DNA from: Octopus sinensis
Taxonomy: Eukaryota
Direction: 5' to 3'
Assembly (NCBI RefSeq): GCF_006345805.1
Contig: NC_043005.1
Location: 36,146,001-36,210,000 of the forward strand
DNA: 64,000 bases
The stretch's first letter is position 1. Every line of letters starts with the position of its first letter. Both the position numbers and the translations under genes were made by a program. Below are positions 27,742 through 40,658 of this stretch, in pieces. A model generated the notes under the pieces. The model saw only the letters and a list, made by a program, of their open reading frames with translations, searched no databases and had not been told where the DNA came from.

Positions 27742-29304
27742 CACCATGGCTGCCGCCTACTTCCTTCGCGTCATCCACCTTTTTGATGACTCCACTCTTT
27801 TCGAGTCTGTCCAACTCTTCATTTAAGGTTTCAGTTGCCGCAAACGTTACTTTTCTGTTTGCTTTAAATACAGTGTTTTCACTAACTTGCAAATAGGTTT
27901 TCGTCTTTCTACATAGACCTAAATCCTCTTATAACACTTGCGGGAACATTTTTTTTCAATATTTTCTTCAGTTTTGCCGAAGACTTGTTTTTAACGGGAC
28001 AACCGTTTATGCTGTTGCAGTAAAGATACATGGGGAGGTGCCATAAATCGAATAGTTCTAACTAATCTGTGCCAAACAGATTGATTGTATTATCCACAAC
28101 GAATAATTTTGCTTCGCGTGTCTCTCCTCGAAATGTGACGTCGAAACACTTTTTGCTCATGAAATGGAAATGTAATTTACCACCCGTTACAACATGCGCT
28201 ATTTTCGCCGTTTTACGTAATCTCGGTTTACCAATTTTTTTCCAAGTATCCGCATTTGGTATTCACATCATTTATTTTTACGTGCACGAATTTTCTTCTT
28301 TTTCCGTCGTAATCACTCTTCACTGAAAGGACTTTAGAACTTTTTGTGTTTGAGCCTCGTCATCTTGTTCTACAATCATAACTCCTGTGTCCCAGCTTCT
28401 GACAGCTATAGCGCTTTTTTGTTTTCAAACGGACAATCCTTTTTTGTAGTGTGGGCCTCCACGACCATAATACGGATTGGGGCCTGTCACTTTTTGTGGG
28501 TTGTGCTTCCAGGACGACATATTTGAAATTCTGCATCGTCTTTATCTTGTATTTTTTTCACATCATATATAAGATTTACCATAGTCTGTCATTCATCTGC
28601 GATGGTCTGTAGAGATAAATCCTGGTTTGCTTGCTCCATTTCCGAGATAATTCTTGCCCGAATTTCTCTACCTTCTTGTACTATAAGTCATTGCAGGAAG
28701 ATAAGTGATTTAAACATGTCCTGAGTGAGATCCTGGAATTTAAAATTTTCACTCTTAGGGTTGACTACTCCGGCGTAGATTATAAAATCCTCCTTCTCAT
28801 TTTTTTAATTAAGTTCCAACACTCCATTCTGGTGTTGAATAATGAATTTCTATCACAAAACATTTTGAAAGCAGCTCCACAGTTTCTTGGAAACCGATCT
28901 CATTCGACTTTTAGGCAAAATAAAGTTACAGTAACGCTCATATTCGGCAGGAGCTACCTTGCACAGGGAAAACCTTATTTCTGCTTCTCTGACCATGACT
29001 TGCAATCGTTGTTATTAATTTCCTCGTATTTTTTATAATACGTGGGAAACTTAGTACCCTCCTCCGTATTATATGTAAATTCAGAAACTGTGTTAGCCAC
29101 GCCGTCTGACGTAAACGAGCTTACTGGATTTTTGGACTTCGCCGACTGTAACTCAATTAATTGTTGTTGTTGTTGTTGTTATTGCAGTATTTATTTTTGC
29201 AATTCCTGTAGTTGTTCCTGTTGCTTCTTTTGAAGCTGTACTACTGCAGCTAATAGGTTTTCCAGACGCAGAAATTGTCAAATAACCAGCGTGAGCTTCG
29301 AATG

Positions 29305-29317
29305 ATCCTCATCGCCA
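29305..29317 (-). promoter_or_regulatory. Primer binding site, tRNA-Ser type
   Basis: Minus strand TGGCGATGAGGAT lies 2 nt after the LTR terminal CA and is one mismatch from TGGCGACGAGGAT, complementary to the tRNA-Ser(GCU) 3' end. Confidence 0.8.
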
Positions 29318-29404
29318 GATGTTATATCCTTACGGATAAACGAATACACTGCAACAGTGTAATAAGAATATTATCAGGCAGCTCACAGATATAATCTGTT
29401 AGTG

Positions 29405-29796
29405 CAGTGGTAGTCAAATAGGGTTCATATGACCTTTAAGGGTCTTTATAAGATTTTGGAGGAGGAGTCCACACGAGCAGAGTAGTAAATTCGATACCCA
29501 CAGTAGTATACTAAGGTTCCGTAAATAAATTTTGCTTTTGTAAATATTTATTGCAAGGAGTTAGGTTTTCTTTCTCGAACGTTTTACACAGTTTAACATG
29601 TTTCTGGTCACTGAAACATGTTCTGTTAAAAAGGTGCTATTGCAAACCTACACAAGTGGTCGTGTGAAAAACAAAATGGGAATTTTGAAAGAAGTCTCTA
29701 TAAAACTATTTAACATCGAATGGCTATAGGAGTCCATCAAAATGACATAGTAATCAAAGTGTTTCATAGATAAGAAAAAATGGTTGAGAACTACTG
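29405..29796. mobile_element. hAT (Charlie-like) MITE
   Basis: TIRs CAGTGGTAGTCAA and reverse complement CAGTAGTTCTCAA; 8-bp TSD TGTTAGTG/TGTTAATG. Confidence 0.8.
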
Positions 29797-30088
29797 TGTT
29801 AATGGAGCGATAAATTATCGCAGTCAATCAGTGAGGAACTTCTACGTCACGTGTTGAGTAACGTGATAAAGCAGTTGACATCGACAGCACGTTTTATAGA
29901 AATATTTTAACCAACCATAGTTTCTGATATAGGATTCGGCTACATTCGAATAGTGAGAAACAAAATGTAGTCCTATTCTGATTTTAAATGGAAAAAAAAA
30001 AAATCAAATTCACATAAAGATTATCAATCTTACGACAGTTTCTTTTTTAGTCAAATTAAATTTAAATCAATACTAATATTATTATTCA

Positions 30089-30135
<47 letters not shown>

Positions 30136-30672
30136 TATTATTATTATTATTATTCAGAACCGGTTTGAAATTTCAATAAAATTCTTTCTTTTTATTGTTC
30201 TTCTAACTTCATTTGAGTCGTAAATTTTGTAAAATGGAATTATTAAAAACATTTAATAATTCCAAGAGTAAGGGTTCAGCAAAAATAGATCGATAGAATA
30301 AGGACCACACATAAAATTATGCACTGGGATCGATTTGATCGACTAAAATTGTAGAGGAGCTGCCCCAGCATGACCGCGTTGCAATTACCGAAGCAATTAA
30401 AAGAATAAAAGAAAAATAGAATTAAAAGACTGCAATAACATTTCTAATGTTGCAGTTCTTGATGATAATGATGATGAGGATGATGGTGATGACAACGACA
30501 ACGATGACGACGAGGACGACGATAATGATGTCGTAGACAATGATGTTGATGACGATGATGGTAATTTTGATGAAGTGGGAAAAAAACCAAAACTAACAAA
30601 GGTAGTAGTAGTAGGAGTAGTAGTAGTAGTAGTAGTGTAGTAATAATAACAATAATGATGATAATAATAATA

Positions 30673-30737
<65 letters not shown>

Positions 30738-31214
30738 TTATTATGATTAATCAAAAGGATAATTGATGTAGGATACATGCAATAAAGTTGATTGAATTAT
30801 ATCGCAAATTATAACTGCTAGCTAGAAAGAGAGCTGATATATTAATATTTGGGATTGAATGAGGTTGATATTATACATCATACGTAAATGAGTTAGATTA
30901 ACAAACAGATAAACAAATGAATGAAGAAATGGATTAATAAATAAAAGACAACTGATAAAATAATTCACATAAACACACTGGTCATCGCAGAAATTAAGTA
31001 CAGCTTCATTGTAATAAATTAACAATTAAGTAGGGACTAAGAAAGAGAAAATTATAGACATTATGACACTTTTTGGAATATAATACCTTCAACGTTAGCT
31101 ACATGAAGAGAGCATACGCCTCATGTATTAAAAAACAGGATCCATGCATAAAAACATTCTCTGCAATGGAAACAGACGTCGAAAAAATTGGTATATTTCT
31201 ATTTCTTTTTCTTT

Positions 31215-31330
31215 AGTGGTTCTTATTGCTTTTACTTCTCTTTGATAAAGGGCATAATCCGAAACCTTCAGTTTTTATCTTCCTTTCATTAGGCGCAGAA
31301 TTTTCATTGTGCACATTTATTTTCAAATTA
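31215..31330 (+). mobile_element. Degenerate short hammerhead-bearing repeat (U3:A8-type core)
   Basis: TTGATAA a GGG cataa TCC GAAAC at 31242-31265, in a pyrimidine-rich context like the 14199/62655 family. Confidence 0.35.
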
Positions 31331-31781
31331 CATATTGATTATTTTATTATTTTATATTTCTTATTTACGGCCTTTCATACTGATGTTGGGGAGAGTCTGA
31401 CCGGAAAACTGGCTCAAATGCTTCCAACAAAGTTTACTAACTCACACCTTAGCTGCATTTAGCAGAGTTTATTCTGCTGAAAATATTTGGGTAGAGCCTT
31501 CAATCTGGGGCAAAATTCTCCTCCCTCCCTCGCAATGATATTGGAGGTGCTGTAAAAATTGAAGGTCATAAGTGGTAACATTTCTTGTGTGAATAAGCTG
31601 TATAAACACTCCTATCACACTCATAAGCACACGCATATTCTACGTAGAAGCTGGCGCACGAAATACATACACAGAGAACCTCTACCTATACCTCATGTAC
31701 ATGGAATTGATCGTATATTTATGGAACAGACTCAACAAAATTTCGATCTCCTTTCTTCCTTTCTTTCTTTCTTTCTTTCGT

Positions 31782-31831
<50 letters not shown>

Positions 31832-31838
31832 TTCATTC

Positions 31839-31869
<31 letters not shown>

Positions 31870-32361
31870 TTACATATACATCACACTTTAAACCTGCAAT
31901 TTAAACATACATCGTAATATTATGTGTGTGTGTGCGAGTGTGTGTGTGTGCGCGAGTGTGTGTGTGTGTGTGTGTATGTGTGTGTTGATGTCAAATGAAT
32001 GTTATAAACTTGGAATATCTCGAAGCACAGTAAGAAACCTGCAAATAATACCAACCAAATATTGGGTTTAAAAAAATCCATCTTGATGTGGGTTCGTGTC
32101 CCACGGACAGCATACTAGAGCATTCAAGTCAACATTTACGTGCCATAGTTTATAGCTTTTATGTGTGTGTTTTGAGATATTCCAACCCGCCCCAAGAACA
32201 CGCACACATATGTATATAGGTATATATATAGACAGATACAAAGATGTAGATAAAAATATACAAATATATATGTATATATATGTATATAAATACATGCATA
32301 TATATATACGTATATGTATATTTTCGTCTATATCTTTCTATCTATAGATATTAATTGCATA

Positions 32362-32394
<33 letters not shown>

Positions 32395-33098
32395 CACACA
32401 CACACACGTACTGGTCTCGCAACAGTAATTAAGTCGTTGGTTCCTTACCAAATATTTTCTTCTCTGATATATTGAAACCGCCGACATCTCTCCAGTTATT
32501 GATTCTTAAATAGACAAGTGAAATAAAATAGTTCATCTACGAAATGAAAGTTTGATGGTAATTAATTTTGTTATAGTTTAACTATTATCGTACAGTGTGC
32601 ATTCATTAATAATCTCTCTCTCTCGCTTACACACCCACACACACGCAAACACACACACACACACACACACTAATATATATAATTTCTGTCACAAGGACAC
32701 GTATAATTCGCAAATATCTATGTAAATAATATATAGATATAGGTATATGTAGATATAGTCAATTCAAAAACACAGAGAAAAGGAAAAAGAAAATCAAACG
32801 TGAAGGAACGAAAAGAAAGTGCTTTTGGGGTCAAGAGAGTGTGAAGATGGTCGGAATACGCGCGCACATGTGTGTCGTAGTGTGTGTGTGTGCATGACAG
32901 TAACTGCGTGTGTGTGCGTGATAGCGTGTGTGTGGTATAGGAATAAAAAATAAAAATCGATAAAAATAATTAAAAATATATATTAGTAAATTAAGAAAAT
33001 AAATGGAAAGTATTATATATATGTATATTTTTTTTAAAATAAAATTTATGAATAAATGAAAGAATGGAGTTGAACGACAAATTAACAAATTTCCTTTA

Positions 33099-33181
33099 TT
33101 TTCGACATATGTTTCGAAGGCTGCATATTCCTAATTGTGACGGAAAAAGGAGTACATTATGCCGCTTTCTCATCAGGAAAA
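33099..33181 (-). ncRNA. Type I hammerhead ribozyme with extended stem II
   Basis: Minus strand TTTTC CTGATGA GAAAGCGGCATA (30 nt) TATGCAGCCTTC GAAAC atat GTC GAAAA. 5-bp stem I, 10 of 12 bp in stem II, palindromic stem III ACATATGT, GUC triplet. Confidence 0.78.
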
Positions 33182-33371
33182 ACAAGGAATTTATGTCAAC
33201 ATCAAGATTCACAAAAACTTTTAGATGACTGCTCTCACACAAATTTCCACACGAAAACACGTAGTCTCTGCCCAAGGCACGTAACTTCAACCGTGTTATT
33301 TCTGATGTGAATTTGCTACCCAGGTATCGGTTAAACGAATTATCCATAAAAAGATATTTCATTTTTCTACT

Positions 33372-33421
<50 letters not shown>

Positions 33422-33558
33422 ATATATAATATATATATATATAATATATATATATATATATTATATATATATATATATAGGTTATAAAATGAGATAGGGG
33501 TTGAAAATTCAACCCACCATGGGATAATATATATCCAATATGCTGCTGTAATTTTGTA

Positions 33559-33614
<56 letters not shown>

Positions 33615-33662
33615 AAACAAGTCAAGATAGAAAATGCTAAAATAATTTTATAAAGAACATTT

Positions 33663-33700
33663 CAGTACCGGTTTCGGTCATTTTGAGACTTTTTCAACTG
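33663..33700 (-). ncRNA. Type I hammerhead, U3:A8 core variant, in a 160-bp island between (TA)n arrays
   Basis: Minus strand CAG TTGAAAA a GTC tcaaaat GAC c GAAAC cg GTA CTG. 3-bp stem I, 3-bp stem II, palindromic stem III ACCGGT, GUA triplet. Confidence 0.62.
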
Positions 33701-33773
33701 TAACGATTAAATAATTAAATTTAGAAAAATTAAGTGGCATTTTCCTTGTTTCTGCCTTGTGGGTTCGAGGTCG

Positions 33774-33907
<134 letters not shown>

Positions 33908-33951
33908 CATACACACACATATTCATATATATATATATATATATGTATATA

Positions 33952-35154
33952 TATTGGGTCATCCCATAAATAATGTGTTTTTTTTCAATTGTATGAACTA
34001 AAATTCGGAAGGGGACGGGATAAGCTACCTGCATCAACTTGCAATAAAAGCAGGTTGTAATTTTACCTTGTACTAATTCTTAGTGCAAGCTTTGAAGAGT
34101 GCAGTTCGATTTTAACAGTTATTTTTTAAAAGCAATAAAATAGAAGTGACAAAGGAGCATATTGTTTTGTGCGTTCAATAAAGTTAACAACGCAACGGTA
34201 AGTGCGAGGAATATTAATGCAATATATGGAGATCAGACAATAAGCGTAAGCCAGTGTCAACGGTGGTTCCAGAAATTCCGAGCCGAAAACTACAGCCTAG
34301 AAAACGAACCTCTTCCTAGAACATCTTTAGGGCTCGACGAAGACGTCCTGCAAACCCTGGTGGGACTTAATTCCATTGTGACTGTTGAGGAACTAGCAGA
34401 GAAGCTTGGATTTGGTCATTCAACCATTCATCAGCACCTTCTTGCTATCGGAAAAGTCAGAAAATTGGGTGAATGGCTTCCTCACAAATCTTTCGGAGTC
34501 TATTCGCGCGCCGCGCAGAGAGTGAATGTATGCTCTTCTTTGCTGTCACGTCTCACGAATGAATATTTTTTGGACCAAATAATGATTGGTGACTAGAAAT
34601 GGGTTCTGTATAAAAACGTCAAGCACCGAGGATAGTGGGTAGGGAAAGGAGAAACACCAGTACCTCAGGTTAAATAAGGCCTTCACCTACGTAAGGTGTT
34701 GTTATCTGTTTGGTGGGATATGAAAGGTTTAGTCCACTTTGAACTTTTAAACCCAAACCAAACAATAACAAAGATCTACTGCGAGCAGCTTGAATAGCTT
34801 ATATCAGCGCTAGAAGAAAAACGATCATCTTTGCTTTCAAGACGAAAGGTTTCCTTACATCAGAATAATGCTCGGCCATATACAGCGTGAATGACATTCG
34901 AAATGCCGGTGCAGTTTGAATGGGAAACGATGTCACACCCACCATATTCACCGGACATTGCCTCATCTGATTACCATTTATTCTGCAGTCTTCAAAATAA
35001 TTTGAACGGAAAAAATATGAATTCTGTAGATGAGGTCAGAACAGTACTGGAAGAGTATTTTTCGTCATGGACAAGTGAATTTTGGAAGAGAGGCCTTGCA
35101 AGTCTACTAGACAGATTAAAAAAGAACTTTGTCTTAATTTTGAAAAATAATTGA
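33952..35154 (+). mobile_element. Mariner transposon, decayed; left TIR present, right end truncated
   Basis: TA-TTGGGTCATCCCATAA start; CQRWFQKFR, GEWLPH, GD*KW, HQNNARP and HPPYSPDIASSDYHLF motifs with stops and frameshifts. Confidence 0.92.
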
Positions 35155-35296
35155 TAATAATAGAGTAATGGATATATTCATGACACACTATATCAATATT
35201 TGTGGTTCTGTATATATATGTATATATTTGTATATATCCATACATATCTTTATGTATGTGTGTGTATGTATATATGTATACACACTTACATATATA

Positions 35297-35341
<45 letters not shown>

Positions 35342-35599
35342 TGTGTGTGTGTGTATGTGTCTATGATTGGACGGCTAGGGCTCTTAGAACGGGTCTAGAT
35401 ATAATCAACCTATTTTCTTTTAACGACCAAGGAGAAATAACCCATTCATTTTTCTTTATTTTACTCTTTTGCCCACTGGTCATTTCTTTCTCCATTTATT
35501 AGAGAAGCAATATCATTATATTGACTGCTTGGCAGTGGTTACATTGTATAAATACAGTGACTGCTTGATAGTGGCTACGTTGCATAAAAAAAAACTTTA

Positions 35600-36806
35600 G
35601 GGCTGCGTAAATTACATGAGTAGATCATTTCTAGAATTTGTTTAGGAATTTTTTGTTGAAAAAAGACGTACAAAACGCAAACATTCGTACCGGAAGTTGA
35701 CGCATTTAAATAGCGGCTTAAATATAATGAAGTTGACTATTATTTATGCTGGACAGTATAATGCTTACTTTCTCTGTATAAATTTACTAAAACCATTAAA
35801 TGGTTAACTACTGACGTTCATGCTGGTAATCACGGTCCGGGCCATATTTTATATTGCTAGGAGTTTCTACCTATCGCAATAGAGCACCATTGACATACAT
35901 AGTGATATGGATATTCCTGGCTGAAAAAATGTAATGATATGGATAATCTTCATTGTATGATTTTTATTTTTGTCTCTTTATTTTTGTCTGCTTATTACTT
36001 AGCACAGTTTACGCCAATTTCGAACATTGGCTTCATTAACATTAAAATGCCTTCCGGCAGCTCTATTGCTACATTCAAATGCATATTCAACATATTTCAA
36101 TCCTCCTTCGCATTAAACGATTCATAAGTTCTGCCCATAACTACAATAACGGTAATGACGAATTTTAAAGTTTGCTTGTCATTATATAAGTGTGGAAGGG
36201 ATTAAAATATCGATACTCCATATCAAATGTTCCTACAAGAATAGGCGGAAAATCAGAGCTTGAGTCAAGGAGACGCTTTCAACAAATCAGAGTTCTGTTT
36301 ACATAATCAGTTTGATCGGTCACCTTCCCCTGTTGGTTGAGTAAAGTGTCATCCAAGCTGATGTTTATTGGTAATTGAACTTAATTTGTAGCGTATATAT
36401 CAGTTTTGTTTTTGTTGATAATTTTTATCAACTACTTTTCCTGTGATCGTGATTTGAGAAGATATACAGCAGTATGTTTAAGATCGGACATAACCTCTTG
36501 CAGGCAAGAAATGTAAAATAAAGTTTATTATAAATAATACTCTTTGTAATTTAATAGCTTTCAATGTGATACCTATTAAACAGAAATTATTTTTATATAA
36601 TGGTAATTTAATAAAATCTAATCATATGTAAGTGAAACTATACTAAATACAACTAAATTGAAGACCTTTTTCTCTTGGCTATATCGGCAATTCTGAATAC
36701 TTTTGGCAGCGAATTTTACACGAGAAAGTTTTTTTAAACAAATTTTAACTTGCAAATCACCTGCGTAAATTACACAGGTGCACAAATTATATAGGTTTTT
36801 ACGGTA
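35600..36806 (-). mobile_element. pogo-like DNA transposon remnant with Brinker-type DNA-binding N-terminus
   Basis: From ATG 36138 on the minus strand: MGRTYESFNAKE/LKYVEYAFECSNRAAGRHFNVNEANVRNWRK. End sequence TACCGTAAAAACC at 36806 and repeated CTGCGTAAATTAC at about 35603 and 36761. Confidence 0.65.
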
Positions 36807-37780
36807 TTTGAACTGTTAGGATTATTTTCGCACTTTACCCAGAACAAATAAATAGTATTTTCCTTAACAATAGATTCACATATTTCGGTTAGTAACGTAT
36901 TCACCAATATACCATGAATGACGATGCCTTTCATGTCACTTCAGCCAATTGACAGGCGCTGCATGAAGACTTACTTTGAATTGTTACTATTTCATATCCG
37001 ATCTGCTGTTATTACGATTTTGATTTCCATACCTTATTGGAATGTCTTCTTAAGTTCTCTATATTCATTAAAGCCCTTTCCAGGGTTTCTTTATTTGAAT
37101 TGTTACTATCGGATAACTAAGTTGCATGTTATTACGTGACTGACTTCACGATTCATAACTTATTGGGATTTCCTAAAAACAAGATCCTATATAAGACGGT
37201 TCGGTATTCTCTGTAAATACACAAAATCCGTTTTAAGGGCTACATATTTCGTATTGATGCAATTGGATTAGCGAAATAATTATGAGAATGGGACCAGGGA
37301 TGAGACCCGCTTTTCCGGGAATTACCGGATCCGTCAGCTAATACACACACACGCGCGCGCGCGCACACACATATATCTGAGCTCGTGCTCGAGTATGTAT
37401 GCCAGTGTACATGTGCACACGTGTCTAAGTATTTATTCTTATTTTTGCTATTGTGTGTGTGTGTGTGTGTGTGTGTGTATTTATGTCCGAGTGTCTACTA
37501 CCAAGGTGATTCCGTAGTTTGTATCAAAATCCATTTTCCAATTACTGTCTTAAATAATTTTCTTCTTCTTATGCTGACGATGGTATTACACTCTTTATGA
37601 CGGCCCTCCTCCTTCTCCCCCTCCTCATTATCATCATCATCATCATGACCACTTCATCTTTCAATCATCATCATCGACTCCCCTTCTCTTTACCTGCCTC
37701 TCTCTCTCACCACCGCAAGACAATGTTTTGCATGCATTCCAATTAAAATTGCATTGACTCCCCTGCTTAATAACACTTGC

Positions 37781-37839
<59 letters not shown>

Positions 37840-38015
37840 AAGCAAGAAAACAATAATCGAAGAAGCCCCCCCGCCTCAACCCCCCCCCAAATTCGTAATA
37901 AAAAGGTGCAAAGTTTTTTAAAGTGTTAAGGTATTCTGTTTTTCGTTTTAATGGCCCTTTAATGAGAAAAATAATTAAAAATCTCATAATTACTTCTTTC
38001 TGAAAAACTATACTC

Positions 38016-38078
<63 letters not shown>

Positions 38079-38084
38079 GCGTTT

Positions 38085-39165
38085 GTTTTTCTGGTTTTTC
38101 TTTTTCGCTTTCCCTCTATTTTCTATTTTCAACTTGAATTTACCATTCTGTTCCTTCTAGCATTTCTTTGCTCCTTCTTCCCTTTTGCTTCAGTTTTCTA
38201 TACTTTTTATTTCTTCCCTTCATTTAATATATTCTTTCTTCATTTTTCGATCTTTTTCCCTTTTCCTAATTATTTTTCCACTTTTCTTACTATTATTCAT
38301 TCATTTGTCCTGTTTTTCCTCCTCTTTTTTCTATTCTTTCTGTCATTTTTTTTGTGTTTTACTCATTCACTCATTCATTCTTTCTCTTTTTCTATTTTTC
38401 GTTCAATTTTCTTCCTTTTATCGATTCCTTTTATCTTTTTCATTTTTTCTTTCTATTTTCCTTCACTTGTTCATTGCATTAGTCTTGTCTTTCCATTTTG
38501 TCTCTTCTTTTTTCATTCCTTCTTTTCTTTTTGTTTCATTTTCCTATTTCTTTCTTTTTTGCTTTTTTTCCCCCTTTCGTTTCTTTCTGCTTTTCACTCG
38601 CTCTTTTCTGTCTTCTTTCAGCTTTTCGCTTTCTTTCTTTCATTCAGTTTACACGTTCTTTCTTTTTTCGACTTTTCTCTCTTTCATATTTTCATGCTTC
38701 ATTTCTTCATTCATTCATTTTTTCATTCATTCTTCCTTTATTTCTTTCACTCTTTCGAATTTTTTGCTTTATTTAAATCGTTATTTTTTAGTTTTCTTCC
38801 CTTATTCATTCATTCCTCTTTTATCTTCCTTTCGTTTTCTTCTGTCATTTATTCTTTACATTCTTCTTTCACCCTTTTCCCTTTCTTTTACTCAATTTTT
38901 ATCTTCCGATTATCAAAGTTTCTTTCTTCACCCTCGTTTGTTCATTTGTTTGTTTCGCGTTTTTTCTCTTTTCAATCTTTTTAATTTTCCTCCCTCTTCC
39001 CCCAAAGTCATGTGTTTAATATTGGATTTCTCACTTGCTGACAACATCCTATCATCTCTCCATTCTCCCCTCTTCTCCCCTCTCATCCTCGCTCCAATTA
39101 TTCTCTCTACCAGTTCTCTCTCTCTCTTTCTCACACTTCTTTCATCCTTTTTACCCTTTCTCTTA
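38085..39165. repeat. About 1.1-kb polypyrimidine low-complexity tract
   Basis: Direct reading; flanked by (TTA)n and (TAA/CAA)n. Confidence 0.9.
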
Positions 39166-39283
39166 CACAAACAAATTAATAACGAAAATAGAAAACAAAA
39201 TATTCAACTGCATTTTCCCTTAATTTCTCACATCCCACCTGAGCAGCAGGCTAATCAATGAATAATAATAGTAATAATAATAA

Positions 39284-39361
<78 letters not shown>

Positions 39362-39392
39362 TAACAACAACAACAATAACAACAACAACTTC

Positions 39393-39428
<36 letters not shown>

Positions 39429-40422
39429 AATAATGATAACAACAACAACAACAGCAATAACAACAACAACAGCAACAAGAATAAGAACAGCAATAATAAT
39501 AAATAAATAAAGGAAAATAAAAGTAAAAGAATTGCCATATCTTGCGAGAAGAGAATTTCGTAATTCAAGAACTGTCCTTGGGAAAAAAACTGTTGACGCT
39601 TCACTTTTTTCTTACTTTATTGATTCCTGATTTCGAAGGAATTCTTCTCCAAGTCCGTCAGGACCACTCATGTTCTAGATTCAGAGTATGTATGTAAATG
39701 TGAGTGCGTTCTCGGTGGAGGCTACAAAGCAGCCGAATTCGAAGTTAAGGATAAAATGTAGCGCAGCGGATAAGTAGAATCAGTGGAGCTACAGAACAAA
39801 TTCCTTGCGGTTCTTTTATGTAATCTAAGTTCAAATCCTCTTGAAGTGATTTGCGTAATTCCCGGGGTGATAAAATACAGTAGGTACTAGTCAAGTATTG
39901 ACGATAACCTCCACACAAATATTGAGGCCTTGTGAGACAAGTTCAAACTACTGTTATAAAATATAGCGGATCAACGAGGTAGAATAAAAGACGGAAACCT
40001 AGGTGTGCTGAAACTACGAACTGGGTTCGATTCCTGGGATCTCGACCAAATTTTTAGTTCAGTAATATTAGAAATTACTCTAAGCAGCGAGTTGGTTAGA
40101 ATCGTGAGTGCCTTCCAAAGCATTTTTATAAGTTTATTCTAAACCCGGATGTTTGTTTTCAGACTTTTATTTAGCCCTTGTTTCATACGATCAGAGTGAC
40201 ATAAAGCTTTCCTAAGCCCCAAGGTACTCTGGTGGTTGGACAAAAATGGGAATGTGAATCATATATGATATATGCTGCATGGACACCATGCAGATTTGCC
40301 TATCCTGTCTATCACATGTGATACACAGGATAAGCAAAAGTTTAGTGTATAGAGCAGCAACACGATAGAGAAAGGGATGGGACCTTACGTTAACTGAAAC
40401 TACACTCTGTGTTCAATTTTAT

Positions 40423-40658
40423 ACCTATTTCTTTACTACCCACAAGTGGGCTAAACACAGGGAAGACAAACAAGGACAGACAAACGGATTAAGTCGATTA
40501 TATCGGCCCCAGTGCGTAACTGGTGCTTATTTAATCGACCCCGAAAGGATGAAAGGCAAAGTCGATCTTGGCGGAATTTGAACTCAGAACGTAACGGCAG
40601 ACGAAAAACCGCTAAGCATTTCGTCCGGCGCGCTAACGTTTCTGCCAGCTCACCGTCT
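40423..40658 (-). mobile_element. SINE family B, full length with 13-bp TSD
   Basis: TSD TGTTCAATTTTAT at 40410-40422 and 40659-40671. Confidence 0.93.

Larger units (their letters stand above)
25896..29375 (-). mobile_element. Gypsy LTR retrotransposon (Mag/K02A2.6-like), decayed, with nested insertions
   Basis: LTR ends TGTTATATC.TTA.GGATAAACGAATACACTGCAACA at 25896 and 29320. Gag motifs YERYCNFILPK, SLFNTR, YAGVVN, LTQDMFKSLIF and a decayed zinc knuckle CQKLGHRSYDC. Protease region TWKKIGKP...NLFGTD; RT start NEELDRLEKSGVIKKV and KIRLCADFSTELN...HPLP. Confidence 0.85.

Noticed and set aside
38185-39261. Longest ORF (358 aa, F/S/L-rich, looks like a membrane protein)
   Set aside because: Product of a polypyrimidine tract that lacks stop codons by composition; overlapping frames are also open.
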